From the NCBI GenBank assembly GCA_038231275.1, contig JBBRLQ010000001.1, positions 640,001-704,000 on the forward strand: a stretch of DNA of 64,000 bases. The letters are read 5' to 3'. Below are positions 48,924 to 57,800 of this stretch, piece after piece; within the stretch, counting starts at the first letter, position 1, and the number at the start of each line of letters is the position of its first letter. Source of the stretch: Polyangiales bacterium (GTDB lineage Bacteria; Myxococcota_A; Polyangia; Polyangiales; Polyangiaceae). The notes beneath the pieces were generated by a model, which saw only the letters and a list, made by a program, of their open reading frames with translations, did not search any database and was not told where the DNA came from. The position numbers and the translations under genes are program-made.

Positions 48924-49706
48924 ATGCCCAGCGAGCCCAAGCGGCGCCTCTTCAGGCTCCTGCGCAGAACCACCAAAGGTGCCCAGGGCGGGCGGACTGC
49001 GGAGGAGGAGAACAGCCTCTGGACCGCGCACGCGCGCGCGCTCAGCGGATCGCGTGACGCCGCCGAGGCCGCGCAGCGCATCGCGTCGAGCCTCGCCAAG
49101 CAGCGCGCCTCGGTGGACGCCGCGCAGGATCGCGCGCGCGCCGTCAGCGTTCGTGCGGGTGAGGTGGCGGCCGCGACCAGGAAGCTCGTCGAGCTGTTCG
49201 ATCGCCTCGGCCTCGCCGCGCTCAACGCAGGCCTCGAGGGGGCCCGCCTCGGGGAGGGCCCGGGCAAATCGCTGACCCTGGTAGCCGACGAGGTGCGCGA
49301 TCACGCGACGCGCGGTGGCGACGGCGCGCGCGAGATCTCCGGCGCCCTCGTCGAGTGCGTGGGCGAGCTCACGCAGGTCAGCGCGCAAATCGATCGGGTG
49401 CGCGAGGCCTCCACCGAGGCGACGCAGGACGCGGCGCGCGCGGCGTCGCTGGCCGTCGAGGGAGAGCGCGCGCTCGTCGAGATGGGCGAGCGCATGAAGA
49501 AGGCGACGGGGAGCGATCCGGAGACGGCGCGCGCCATCTCGCAGGCCGCCGAACACGCGCGCGCGCTGGTCCTCGCGCTGTCGCAGATCAGCGGCAAGGT
49601 GCCGCGCGGCATCGTCGTGGGCGCGCTACGGCCGATGCTCGAGCCGCTTGGCCGGCTCCTCGACGCCGAGGGGGACGAGGACGACGACGAGACGGGGCGC
49701 GGGTGA
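48924..49706 (+). CDS. Soluble, degenerate methyl-accepting chemotaxis signalling-domain protein
   Basis: RLGLAALNAGLEGARLGEGPGKSLTLVADEVR resembles the MCP tip [28 protein letters not shown]; no TM or sensor domain. Confidence 0.75.
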   Translation: MPSEPKRRLFRLLRRTTKGAQGGRTAEEENSLWTAHARALSGSRDAAEAAQRIASSLAKQRASVDAAQDRARAVSVRAGEVAAATRKLVELFDRLGLAALNAGLEGARLGEGPGKSLTLVADEVRDHATRGGDGAREISGALVECVGELTQVSAQIDRVREASTEATQDAARAASLAVEGERALVEMGERMKKATGSDPETARAISQAAEHARALVLALSQISGKVPRGIVVGALRPMLEPLGRLLDAEGDEDDDETGRG

Positions 49707-51796
49707 CGACGCGTGACCCCGAGCTCGTTCGCCTCCTGACGCAGGAGCTCCTGCGCCACCTCCCGAGCGTCGAGGCCACCGAGCTCGACGGCGCGCGGCG
49801 CGCGGTGCACGCGCTCAAGGGATCGGCCGGTTTGGCCGGGGAGCGCGAGCTGGCGGCGGCGCTCCAGCGCCTCGAGCGCCGCATGCTCGGGGGCGACAAG
49901 ACCGCCATCCCCGACGCAACCGCGATCGTGAAGACGGCGATCGAGCGCCTCGAGAACGGACTCGCCGGCGTCTCGGCGGAGTGGCCCAGCCCGCCCGAAG
50001 ATCTGGCGCCGGTGTCGCTCGATCCACTCGTGCGCACGCAGTACGTCGCCGAGCTCGCCGATCGCCTCGCGCGCATCGACCAGGCGCTCGGGCTCAAGGG
50101 CGAAGCGCAGGATGCGGTACACGACATCTACCGCCACGTGCACACGATCAAGGGAGCGGCGAGCGCCGTCGGTGACGAGCCGATGAGCTGGTTCTGCCAC
50201 GGCCTCGAAGAGTGGCTCAAGGCGGGCACCGGCGGCGCCGAGGCGGCCAGCGCGGCGCTCGTCGAGGTCGCGAAATGGCGCAGCGTCCTCGGCGGGCTGC
50301 TCGACGAGCCGGAGACCACGCTGGGCACGCTCCGTGGAGGCCGTCCCCGCCCGCGCGCGAGCTCCATCCCTGCTGCGCCCGCCACGCGCTCGAACGCGCC
50401 CGGCGACGACGGCCTCCGCTCGGTGACCATCGAAGAGGCCACGATCCGCGTCGACGCGCAGTCGGTCGATCGCGTGCTCGATCGCGTCGCGCAGGTGGGC
50501 CTCGTGCAGGAGCAGATCGCGTCGAGCGGCGAGCGCGCGAAGCTGGAGGCGCGCGAGCTTCGACGGCTGCGCGCCGAGCTGTCGGAGGCGCTGCGACTCA
50601 TTGGTCCTCCGCGTCCGTGGGGAGCGCCGGCGGCCGCGCTCCGGAAGATCGAGCGCGCGGGCGCGGCGCTCTCGGCGATCGGCGAATCGGTGGAGGCCCA
50701 GGCCAACGAGATGCGCGCGCGTGGTCAGTCGCTCAAGGGGGCGATGCGCGAGGCACGCCAGCACCTCTCGGCGATGCGCCAATCGTCGCTCAAACGCATG
50801 TTCGCGCGCCTCGCGACGGCGGTGGAGTCGGAGGCGCGCCGATCGCAGCGCATCGTCGTCGTCCGCACGCACGGCGCCGACGAGACGATCGATCGCCGCC
50901 TGTCCGACGCGCTCGTCGAGGCGTGCATGACGCTCGCGCGCAACGCGGTGGCCCACGGCGTCGAGACACCTCAGGTGCGTGAGAGCCTGGGAAAACCCGC
51001 GGTCGGCACGATCACGCTCTCCGCGCGCAAGACCGCCAACCGCCTCCTCCTCACCATCGCCGACGACGGCGCCGGCGTCGACGTCGACGCGATAAGGCGG
51101 CGCGCGGTCGAGACCGGCGCGGTCACCGACGCCATCGCCGAGGCCGCCGACGACAACACGCTGCTCGCGCTCCTCTTCTTGCCCGGCTTCTCGACGCGCG
51201 AGAGCACCGATCTCCTCGCGGGCCGCGGCATCGGCCTCGAGATCGCGCAGAGCGCCGTGCAGCGCATGGGCGGCGTCATTCGCCTCTCGAGCCGCCACGG
51301 CCTGGGCTTCGAGGCGCGCGTCGAGGTGCCGATCGAGACCGGCATCACGCACGTCCTCTGGGTCACCGCCGCCGGCGCCACGCACGCGATCGCCGCCTCC
51401 AACGCGCGCCGCGTGCGACCCAACGACGGCGCCGACGCCGAGCGCGTGCCGCACCTCGCCGCGTGCCTCGAAGCGCGCCCCAACGAACGCGCCCGCTACG
51501 CGCTGGAGATCGTCCTCGAGGACGGCGAAGAGGGCGCACCCACCGAGATCACGATCGGCGTCGACGCGGTCGGCCTCACCGAGGAGGTCCTCGTTCGCCC
51601 GCTCACGCCGCTGGTGGCCGCGCTCGGCCCGTTCGCGGGCGCGATCGTCCGCGGCGATGGCTCGCTGAGCCTCGCCCTCGACGTGCACGCGCTCGCGCCG
51701 CGCGCACGCGCGCTGGGGCGCGTCCCCGAGGGGCGCACGAGCGATTTTCCGCTGAGCCGCCCGCCGCCCAGCCGCCCGTCGTCGGCGCCGTCGTGA
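49703..51796 (+). CDS. cheA: CheA-like histidine kinase with two Hpt domains
   Basis: VHALKGSAG and VHTIKGAAS; TIRVD, ARNAVAHGVE, DDGAGVD, FLPGFST, GRGIGL; C-terminal CheW-like domain; GTGA overlap with the MCP gene. Confidence 0.88.
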   Translation: MTTRDPELVRLLTQELLRHLPSVEATELDGARRAVHALKGSAGLAGERELAAALQRLERRMLGGDKTAIPDATAIVKTAIERLENGLAGVSAEWPSPPEDLAPVSLDPLVRTQYVAELADRLARIDQALGLKGEAQDAVHDIYRHVHTIKGAASAVGDEPMSWFCHGLEEWLKAGTGGAEAASAALVEVAKWRSVLGGLLDEPETTLGTLRGGRPRPRASSIPAAPATRSNAPGDDGLRSVTIEEATIRVDAQSVDRVLDRVAQVGLVQEQIASSGERAKLEARELRRLRAELSEALRLIGPPRPWGAPAAALRKIERAGAALSAIGESVEAQANEMRARGQSLKGAMREARQHLSAMRQSSLKRMFARLATAVESEARRSQRIVVVRTHGADETIDRRLSDALVEACMTLARNAVAHGVETPQVRESLGKPAVGTITLSARKTANRLLLTIADDGAGVDVDAIRRRAVETGAVTDAIAEAADDNTLLALLFLPGFSTRESTDLLAGRGIGLEIAQSAVQRMGGVIRLSSRHGLGFEARVEVPIETGITHVLWVTAAGATHAIAASNARRVRPNDGADAERVPHLAACLEARPNERARYALEIVLEDGEEGAPTEITIGVDAVGLTEEVLVRPLTPLVAALGPFAGAIVRGDGSLSLALDVHALAPRARALGRVPEGRTSDFPLSRPPPSRPSSAPS

Positions 51797-51801
51797 GGCC
51801 A

Positions 51802-52302
51802 ATGGTCCACGACGTGCCTGACGTGACGATCGCCGAAATGACGCTGGCGGACATCCCCGCCGTCGTCTCCCTCGCGAGCGGCGCCACACCCGCGCAGCTC
51901 GAGGAAGAAATCACCCGCCCCTGGTCGTTGCCGTTCGTGGCGCGCATCGCGGGGACTGGCACGGTCATCGGCTTCATCCTCACGTGGCACGTCACGGACG
52001 AGGTGCACATCCTCGACGTCGTGGTCGAGGAGTCGCTGCGCCGGAAAGGCCTCGGACGCGCCCTCATGAACCACGCGCTGAAGCGCGCCAAGGAGCGCTC
52101 GGCCGTCCACGTGTACCTCGAGGTGCGACGCGGAAATTCCCCGGCGATCCGGCTCTACCGTGCGCTGGGGTTTTTCACGCTCGGGGTGCGCAAGAAATAT
52201 TATCCCGACGGCGAGGACGCGATCGAGATGGCCGCACGTATGGATCCCGAGACGGGCGAAATCATGCCCGGCAAAGACGAGGTGAACGTCGAGCGGCTCT
52301 GA
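51802..52302 (+). CDS. rimI: Ribosomal-protein-alanine N-acetyltransferase
   Basis: DEVHILDVVV..RRKGLGRALM, LEVRRGNSPAIRLY and RKKYYPDGEDAIEM. Confidence 0.88.
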   Translation: MVHDVPDVTIAEMTLADIPAVVSLASGATPAQLEEEITRPWSLPFVARIAGTGTVIGFILTWHVTDEVHILDVVVEESLRRKGLGRALMNHALKRAKERSAVHVYLEVRRGNSPAIRLYRALGFFTLGVRKKYYPDGEDAIEMAARMDPETGEIMPGKDEVNVERL

Positions 52303-52392
52303 AGCACAATGACGAGGGCGCGAGCCGCTATTGCCGTCACCTGCCCGCCACCCAAGCGGGCCCGCGCGAGAGGGTTGTCCAAGGTGCGAAGG

Positions 52393-55224
52393 ATGCATAT
52401 TCGAAGGGTCACCGTCCTGGCCGCGCTCGCCGCGTCGCTCGCCGTCGGAGCGACGTCGCACGCGCAGCCCCAGCCGCGCGCGGCGTCTTCCTCTCAGGCG
52501 CCCGCGCCGACCGGACCGCTCGCGTCCGGTCTCGAGGCCGCGCGCACCTCGGACTACCCGCGCGCGGAGCGTGAGCTCGCCGCCATTCGGGGCGCCGATC
52601 AAGCGGCGGCGCAGGTCGCCCTCGCGCGCGTCTACTACGAGCAGGGAAAATTCGCCGAGGCCGAGCGCACCGGACGCGCGCAGGTGGGCGGGGCGCAGGC
52701 CGGCTTCGCGGCCGCCGTCGTCGCGCAGGTCCTCTTCGCGCAGGGCAAGGTTCAGGACGCGATCAAGCTCCTCGAGCCGCTCAAGGGCACGACGGGCCCC
52801 GCCGGCCGCCGCGTGAAGCTGCTCCTCGGCGAGTACCGCCTCGCGATCGGAAAGCGCTCCGACGCCGAGGAGCCGCTGATGAAGATCATCGAGGAGTACA
52901 ACGATCAGACGATCGCCTCGAACGACGCCGAGGGTCTCGCCACCGTCGGCCGCACCGCGCACCTGCTCCGCAGCGCGAAGGACGCCAACACGGCCTTCAA
53001 CGAGAGCGAACGCGCCGACAAGAAGCGCTTCGAGACACTCATGTGGCGCGGCGAGCTCTTCCTCGAGAAGTACGATCCCGGCCACGCGGAGGAGGTCGTC
53101 AAAGAGGCGCTCGTGATCGCCCCCAAGAGCGCGGCCGCGATGATCCTGATGGCGCGCGTGAAGCTCGACCAAGCGCTCGACTTCGACGCCGCCGAAAAGC
53201 TCGTGAACGACGCGCTCGCGATCAACCCGAAGCTGACGAGCGCCTTCGCCGTGCGCGCCGGCCTCGCGCTCCGCGACATGGATCTCGCCATTGCGGACAA
53301 GGCGATCGCCGCCGGCCTCGCGATCAACCCGAACGATCTGGAGCTCCTCAGCCTCAAGGCCACCTCGCGTTTCCTCGCCGACGATCGCGCGGGCTACGAG
53401 CAAGGCAAGAAGGAGGTCCTGTCGCGCAACGCCGAGTACGCGCGCTTCTTCCAGATCGCCGCGGAGTATGCCGAGTGGGAGCACCGCTACGACGACATCG
53501 TCGCGATGATGAAGGAGGCGACGAAGATCGACGCCGACGACGGCCGCGCGTGGGGCGAGCTGGGCCTCACCCAGATGCGCGCCGGCGACGAGACGGCCGG
53601 CTTCGAGTCGATCAAGAAAGCGTTCGGAAAGGACGGCTTCAACGTCCGCGTCTTCAACACGCTGAACCTCTACGAGAAGACGATCCCGAACGACTACGAG
53701 ACCGCGACCGAGGGGCCCTTCAAAATCCGCTACGCGAAGGACGAGAAGAAGGTCCTCGAGCGCTACGTGCCCAAGCTCCTCGCGGAGGCCTTCGGGTCGA
53801 TGAAGGGGCGCTACAATTTCGTGCCGCAGACGCCGGTGCAAGTGGAGCTCTACGAAACGCGCGAGCAGTTCAGCGTGCGGACGAGCGGCCTGCCCAACAT
53901 CGGCATTCAGGGCGTGTGCTTCGGGCGCGTGCTCGCGGCGATGAGCCCCAAGAGCGAGAGCTTCAACTGGGGCAACGTCGTGTGGCACGAGCTCGGGCAC
54001 GTCTTCGCGATCCAGCTGTCGAAGAACCACGTGCCGCGCTGGTTCACCGAAGGCCTCAGCGAGTACGAGACGATCGCGCGCCGTCCCGAGTGGCAGCGCG
54101 AGCTCGATCCGGAACTCTACACCGCGCTCATCAAGAACGCGCTCCCCAGCGCGGTCGACATGAACCGCGCGTTCACGCACGCCTCCGACGGCCTCGACGT
54201 CACGGTCGCGTACTACGCCGCGAGCCAGATGCTCGTCTTCACCGTCGAGACCTTCGGCACCGCGAAGGTGACCCAGGCGCTCAAGCTATGGGGCGAAGGT
54301 CTACGTACGCCCGACGTGCTCCAAAAAGCGTTCGGCGTCCCCGCGAGCGAGTACGACGCGAAGTTCCGCGCGTGGGCGTTGAAGCGCCTGTCGCGGTACC
54401 AGGGCCAGTTCGTCTGGAAGGAGCGGAGCAAATCGCTCGAAGAGGCGCAGAAAGCGCTGCTCGCCGCGCCGAACGATCCGAACGCGCACCTCGGCGTCGC
54501 GCTCGCCTACCTGCACGCGCGCAAGATCGCCGACGCGACGAAGGAGATCGACGCGGCGCTCAAGATCGATCCGAACCACATGCCGTCGCACTACATCGCC
54601 GCGAAGATCGGCGAGGCGCAGAAGGACGTCCCGGCGCAGGAGCTTCACCTCAAGGCCATCCAGAAGGCGGGCGGCGACGGCTACCAGGTGCAAATGGCGC
54701 TCGCTGACGTCGCCGAGGCGAAGAAGGACAAGCCCGGCATGAAAGCGGCGCTGACCGCGGCCGCGAAATTCGATCCGGTCCAGTCCGAGCCTCTGAAGGG
54801 GCTCTTCGATCTCGCAAAAGAAGAGAACCGCGACGCGGATCAAATCGACATCCTGAAGAAGCTGGCGCCGCTCGAGCAGCACGATCGCAAGATCTGGCGC
54901 CTCCTTCTCGGGAAGCTGGTCGCCGCCAAGCGCTGGGACGAAGCAAAAAAGGTCGGCGAGAGCACGCTCTTCGTCGACGTCGAGACCGCGAGTGTGCACG
55001 CCGAGTACGCGCGCGCGCTCGGCGCGACCGGCGCGCACGACGCGGCGATGTTCGAGCTCGAGAGCGCGATCCTGTGTGGCCCGCCTCCGAAGGAAGCCGC
55101 GGCGATTCACGCGCAGTGGGCGGCGGAAGCCGTGGCGGTGAAGAACGGGGCGCTCGCGAAGAAGCACAAGGACGAGGCGCTTCGGTTGGATCCGACGAAC
55201 GCCGAGGCGAAGGCGATTCCGTAG
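52393..55224 (+). CDS. Secreted TPR protein with central gluzincin (peptidase MA-like) domain
   Basis: Signal peptide; TPR arrays; WHELGHVF and PRWFTEGLSEY...AYY. Confidence 0.85.
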   Translation: MHIRRVTVLAALAASLAVGATSHAQPQPRAASSSQAPAPTGPLASGLEAARTSDYPRAERELAAIRGADQAAAQVALARVYYEQGKFAEAERTGRAQVGGAQAGFAAAVVAQVLFAQGKVQDAIKLLEPLKGTTGPAGRRVKLLLGEYRLAIGKRSDAEEPLMKIIEEYNDQTIASNDAEGLATVGRTAHLLRSAKDANTAFNESERADKKRFETLMWRGELFLEKYDPGHAEEVVKEALVIAPKSAAAMILMARVKLDQALDFDAAEKLVNDALAINPKLTSAFAVRAGLALRDMDLAIADKAIAAGLAINPNDLELLSLKATSRFLADDRAGYEQGKKEVLSRNAEYARFFQIAAEYAEWEHRYDDIVAMMKEATKIDADDGRAWGELGLTQMRAGDETAGFESIKKAFGKDGFNVRVFNTLNLYEKTIPNDYETATEGPFKIRYAKDEKKVLERYVPKLLAEAFGSMKGRYNFVPQTPVQVELYETREQFSVRTSGLPNIGIQGVCFGRVLAAMSPKSESFNWGNVVWHELGHVFAIQLSKNHVPRWFTEGLSEYETIARRPEWQRELDPELYTALIKNALPSAVDMNRAFTHASDGLDVTVAYYAASQMLVFTVETFGTAKVTQALKLWGEGLRTPDVLQKAFGVPASEYDAKFRAWALKRLSRYQGQFVWKERSKSLEEAQKALLAAPNDPNAHLGVALAYLHARKIADATKEIDAALKIDPNHMPSHYIAAKIGEAQKDVPAQELHLKAIQKAGGDGYQVQMALADVAEAKKDKPGMKAALTAAAKFDPVQSEPLKGLFDLAKEENRDADQIDILKKLAPLEQHDRKIWRLLLGKLVAAKRWDEAKKVGESTLFVDVETASVHAEYARALGATGAHDAAMFELESAILCGPPPKEAAAIHAQWAAEAVAVKNGALAKKHKDEALRLDPTNAEAKAIP

Positions 55225-55274
55225 ACTCGGCCGCGTCGGCGCGAGAGGGCACGGTCGCGCACGCGCACGCGCAC

Positions 55275-55417
55275 GCCGCTCGGCCCGAGGCCGCCCCTCC
55301 TTTGCCCCTGGCGGGGTGAGTCCTCGCGCCGGCGACGCCATGGGTGCGGGTGAAGACGAGGCGCCGGCGCGTGGTGTCCTTACGGGGCAAAGGAGGGGCG
55401 GCCTCGGGCCGAGCGGC
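55275..55417. repeat. Intergenic element with perfect 34-bp terminal inverted repeats (REP/MITE-like)
   Basis: GCCGCTCGGCCCGAGGCCGCCCCTCCTTTGCCCC (55275-55308) and its exact reverse complement (55384-55417), with a 75-bp spacer. Confidence 0.85.
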
Positions 55418-55422
55418 TTTGG

Positions 55423-55770
55423 TTAGGGGGGGGTGGGCCGATGGCGCCGTGCGATGAAGAGGAGCCAGAGTGCGGCGGCGATGGAGAGGATGACGGCGAG
55501 CGCGCTGCAGTTCATGGCTTCCGAGATGCCTTCGGCAAGCGCGCGTGCTCGGTCGACCGGGGTGTTGGCACCGGCCAGGGCCGTGATTAGGGGTCGCTCT
55601 GCAGCGACGGCGCCAAGCAAGGTGATTACGACACCCAACGCGAGCGCCGCGTAGGCGATCGCGATCGCCACGCGCGGCGCGCTTCGCCCTCGGAGAGAAC
55701 GTGCCCAGAGGGCGAGGGGAACGATCGCCGCCAATGGAACCATCGCGATCGCCAAAACCATCAGGCCCAT
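55423..55770 (-). CDS. Small 3-TM membrane protein (MotA/TolQ/ExbB-like segment)
   Basis: Hydrophobic helices and RARALAEGISEAMN. Confidence 0.6.
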   Translation of the reverse strand: MGLMVLAIAMVPLAAIVPLALWARSLRGRSAPRVAIAIAYAALALGVVITLLGAVAAERPLITALAGANTPVDRARALAEGISEAMNCSALAVILSIAAALWLLFIARRHRPTPP

Positions 55771-55860
55771 AACGGCTTCATCCTTCCACGCTCCGCGCCT
55801 CGCGCCAAAAGCCGCCCGGCTCGCGGCCCTGCCCTAGGGCGTTTTGTGGTATCCTTCAGC

Positions 55861-56964
55861 ATGCCGCTCCGGATCGTCCCGCTCGATATCATCGAAAAAC
55901 TCCCCAAGACGGACCTGCACGTTCACCTGGACGGCAGCCTACGGCTCTCGACGATCCTGGACCTCGCGCAGCGCCAACGCGTCGAGCTGCCCGCCGATTC
56001 CGAGGACGGCCTCCGCAAGGCGATGAACCTCGGGCAGAACTGCGGCTCGCTCGTCGAGTACCTCAAGGCGTTCGACGTCACGCTGCGCGTGCTGCAGACC
56101 GAAGATTCGCTCACGCGGGCCGCCTACGAGCTCGCCGAGGACGCCGCGAAAGAGAACGTCCGCTACATGGAGGTCCGCTACTCGCCGATGCTCCATACGC
56201 GTCGCGGGCTCAAGCTCACCAGCGTCGTCGAAGCGGTCCTCGCCGGCCTCCGCGCCGCGCAGCAGTCGTTCGGGATCGAATCGAACGTGATCATCTGCGG
56301 AATCCGCAACGTGTCGGCCGAGAGCTCGCTCGAGATGGCGGAGCTCGCCGTCGCGTACAAGAACCGCGGCGTCGTCGGCTACGACCTCGCAGGCGCCGAG
56401 TACGATCACCCCGCGAAGCACCACAAGCACGCGTTCCAGCTCGTTCGCGACAACAACATCAACGTCACCATCCACGCCGGCGAAGCGTACGGCCCCGAGT
56501 CGATCGCGCAGGCGGTCCACACGTGCGGCGCGCATCGCATCGGCCACGGCTGCCGCCTCCGCGAGGACGGCGATCTCCTCCACTACATCAACGACCACCG
56601 CATCCCGCTCGAGTGCTGCCCGTCGTCGAACGTGCAGACCGGCGCGATCCGCGATCTGGCCAGCCACCCGCTCAAGCTCTATTTCAACCTCGGCCTGCGC
56701 ACGACGGTGAACACCGACAACCGCCTCGTCACCGACACCACGGTCTCGAAGGAGCTGTACCTCTGCCAGACGCAGATGGGCCTGTCCTTCCAGGATTTGA
56801 AGCAGATCGTGCTGAGCGGCTTCAAGAGCGCGTTTTTGCCGTTCCACGTGAAGCAGCAGTACCTGCGCAAGGTGAGCGACGAGCTGCGCACGTTCGACGA
56901 CCAGCACCTGTCGCAGCCGCCGATGTCGATGCCGACGTCGACGAAGGAAGCGGCGCGCGCCTAG
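55861..56964 (+). CDS. add: Adenosine deaminase
   Basis: LPKTDLHVHLDGS, DLAGAE, TIHAGE, RIGHG, CPSSN and NTDN. Confidence 0.95.
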   Translation: MPLRIVPLDIIEKLPKTDLHVHLDGSLRLSTILDLAQRQRVELPADSEDGLRKAMNLGQNCGSLVEYLKAFDVTLRVLQTEDSLTRAAYELAEDAAKENVRYMEVRYSPMLHTRRGLKLTSVVEAVLAGLRAAQQSFGIESNVIICGIRNVSAESSLEMAELAVAYKNRGVVGYDLAGAEYDHPAKHHKHAFQLVRDNNINVTIHAGEAYGPESIAQAVHTCGAHRIGHGCRLREDGDLLHYINDHRIPLECCPSSNVQTGAIRDLASHPLKLYFNLGLRTTVNTDNRLVTDTTVSKELYLCQTQMGLSFQDLKQIVLSGFKSAFLPFHVKQQYLRKVSDELRTFDDQHLSQPPMSMPTSTKEAARA

Positions 56965-56986
56965 ACCGTCAGGGCGACGCGCGTCG

Positions 56987-57664
56987 TTACTTGCAGACCG
57001 AGAAGCCGACCAGCGAGCCGGACGGCTGGCAGGTCGTTCCGATCGTGCACGTGTCGGGCTTTACGTTTCGATCGCAGAGCTCGACGTAGAGGTCGCCGTT
57101 CGGCGCGCTGCCGGCGCACGACGCTTGGCACGCGACGCTCGCGTAGCCGGTCGTGGAGTTGTACTGGCCGCAGCACTTCTGCGCGCCGCAGTCGGCGGAG
57201 TCGTCGCACGCGATGGGGACGCCGTCGCACGGTGCGGTGGAGACCTTGCACGCGTAGACCGGAGGCACCGTGCCGTTTACGCCGGTCGCGCAGCAAATTT
57301 GCGCGCCGACGCTGCAGTACGAGCTCGGCGTGGTGCTGCCGCAATAAATGCCCGGATCGGTGGGCGCGGCGTCCTTCTTGCCGGCGTCGGTCCCGCCGGT
57401 CGACGAGGACGAGGACGACGAGGACGACGAGGACGACGAGGAGCTCGACGTGGACCCGCCGCTCGACGACGAGCCGCCGTTCGACGATCCGCCGCTCGTT
57501 CCGCCGTTCGAGGAGCCGCTGCTCGACGAGGACCCGCCGCTCGTCCCCGAGCTCGATCCCGGATCGAAGGACGATCCGCCGAACAAGTCGTCGGAGCCCT
57601 TGGCGCCGCTGCACGCGGCGATGGCGAAAGAGACGGCTGTGAAGACGATCAGGGTACGGCGCAT
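56987..57664 (-). CDS. Cys-rich lipoprotein with long Ser/Gly linker
   Basis: Lipobox IAAC, poly-Ser, DAG motif and CDDSADC..CC module. Confidence 0.85.
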   Translation of the reverse strand: MRRTLIVFTAVSFAIAACSGAKGSDDLFGGSSFDPGSSSGTSGGSSSSSGSSNGGTSGGSSNGGSSSSGGSTSSSSSSSSSSSSSSSSTGGTDAGKKDAAPTDPGIYCGSTTPSSYCSVGAQICCATGVNGTVPPVYACKVSTAPCDGVPIACDDSADCGAQKCCGQYNSTTGYASVACQASCAGSAPNGDLYVELCDRNVKPDTCTIGTTCQPSGSLVGFSVCK

Positions 57665-57800
57665 GGGGGTTCTCAGGGCGATCGCGGGGGGCGATCCTTT
57701 AGGGGTGGACGATCTACTCCCCAAGACGCCGACGCGCAAACCCCGGTCGTGCGAACTTGGGGCAGCGTCCGTTCTGGCGTGCTAAGAGCGCGTCCCCCCG

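Noticed and set aside
57348-57785. Acidic DEDEDD-rich plus-strand ORF
   Set aside because: It is the antisense reading of the poly-Ser linker of the lipoprotein at 56987-57664.
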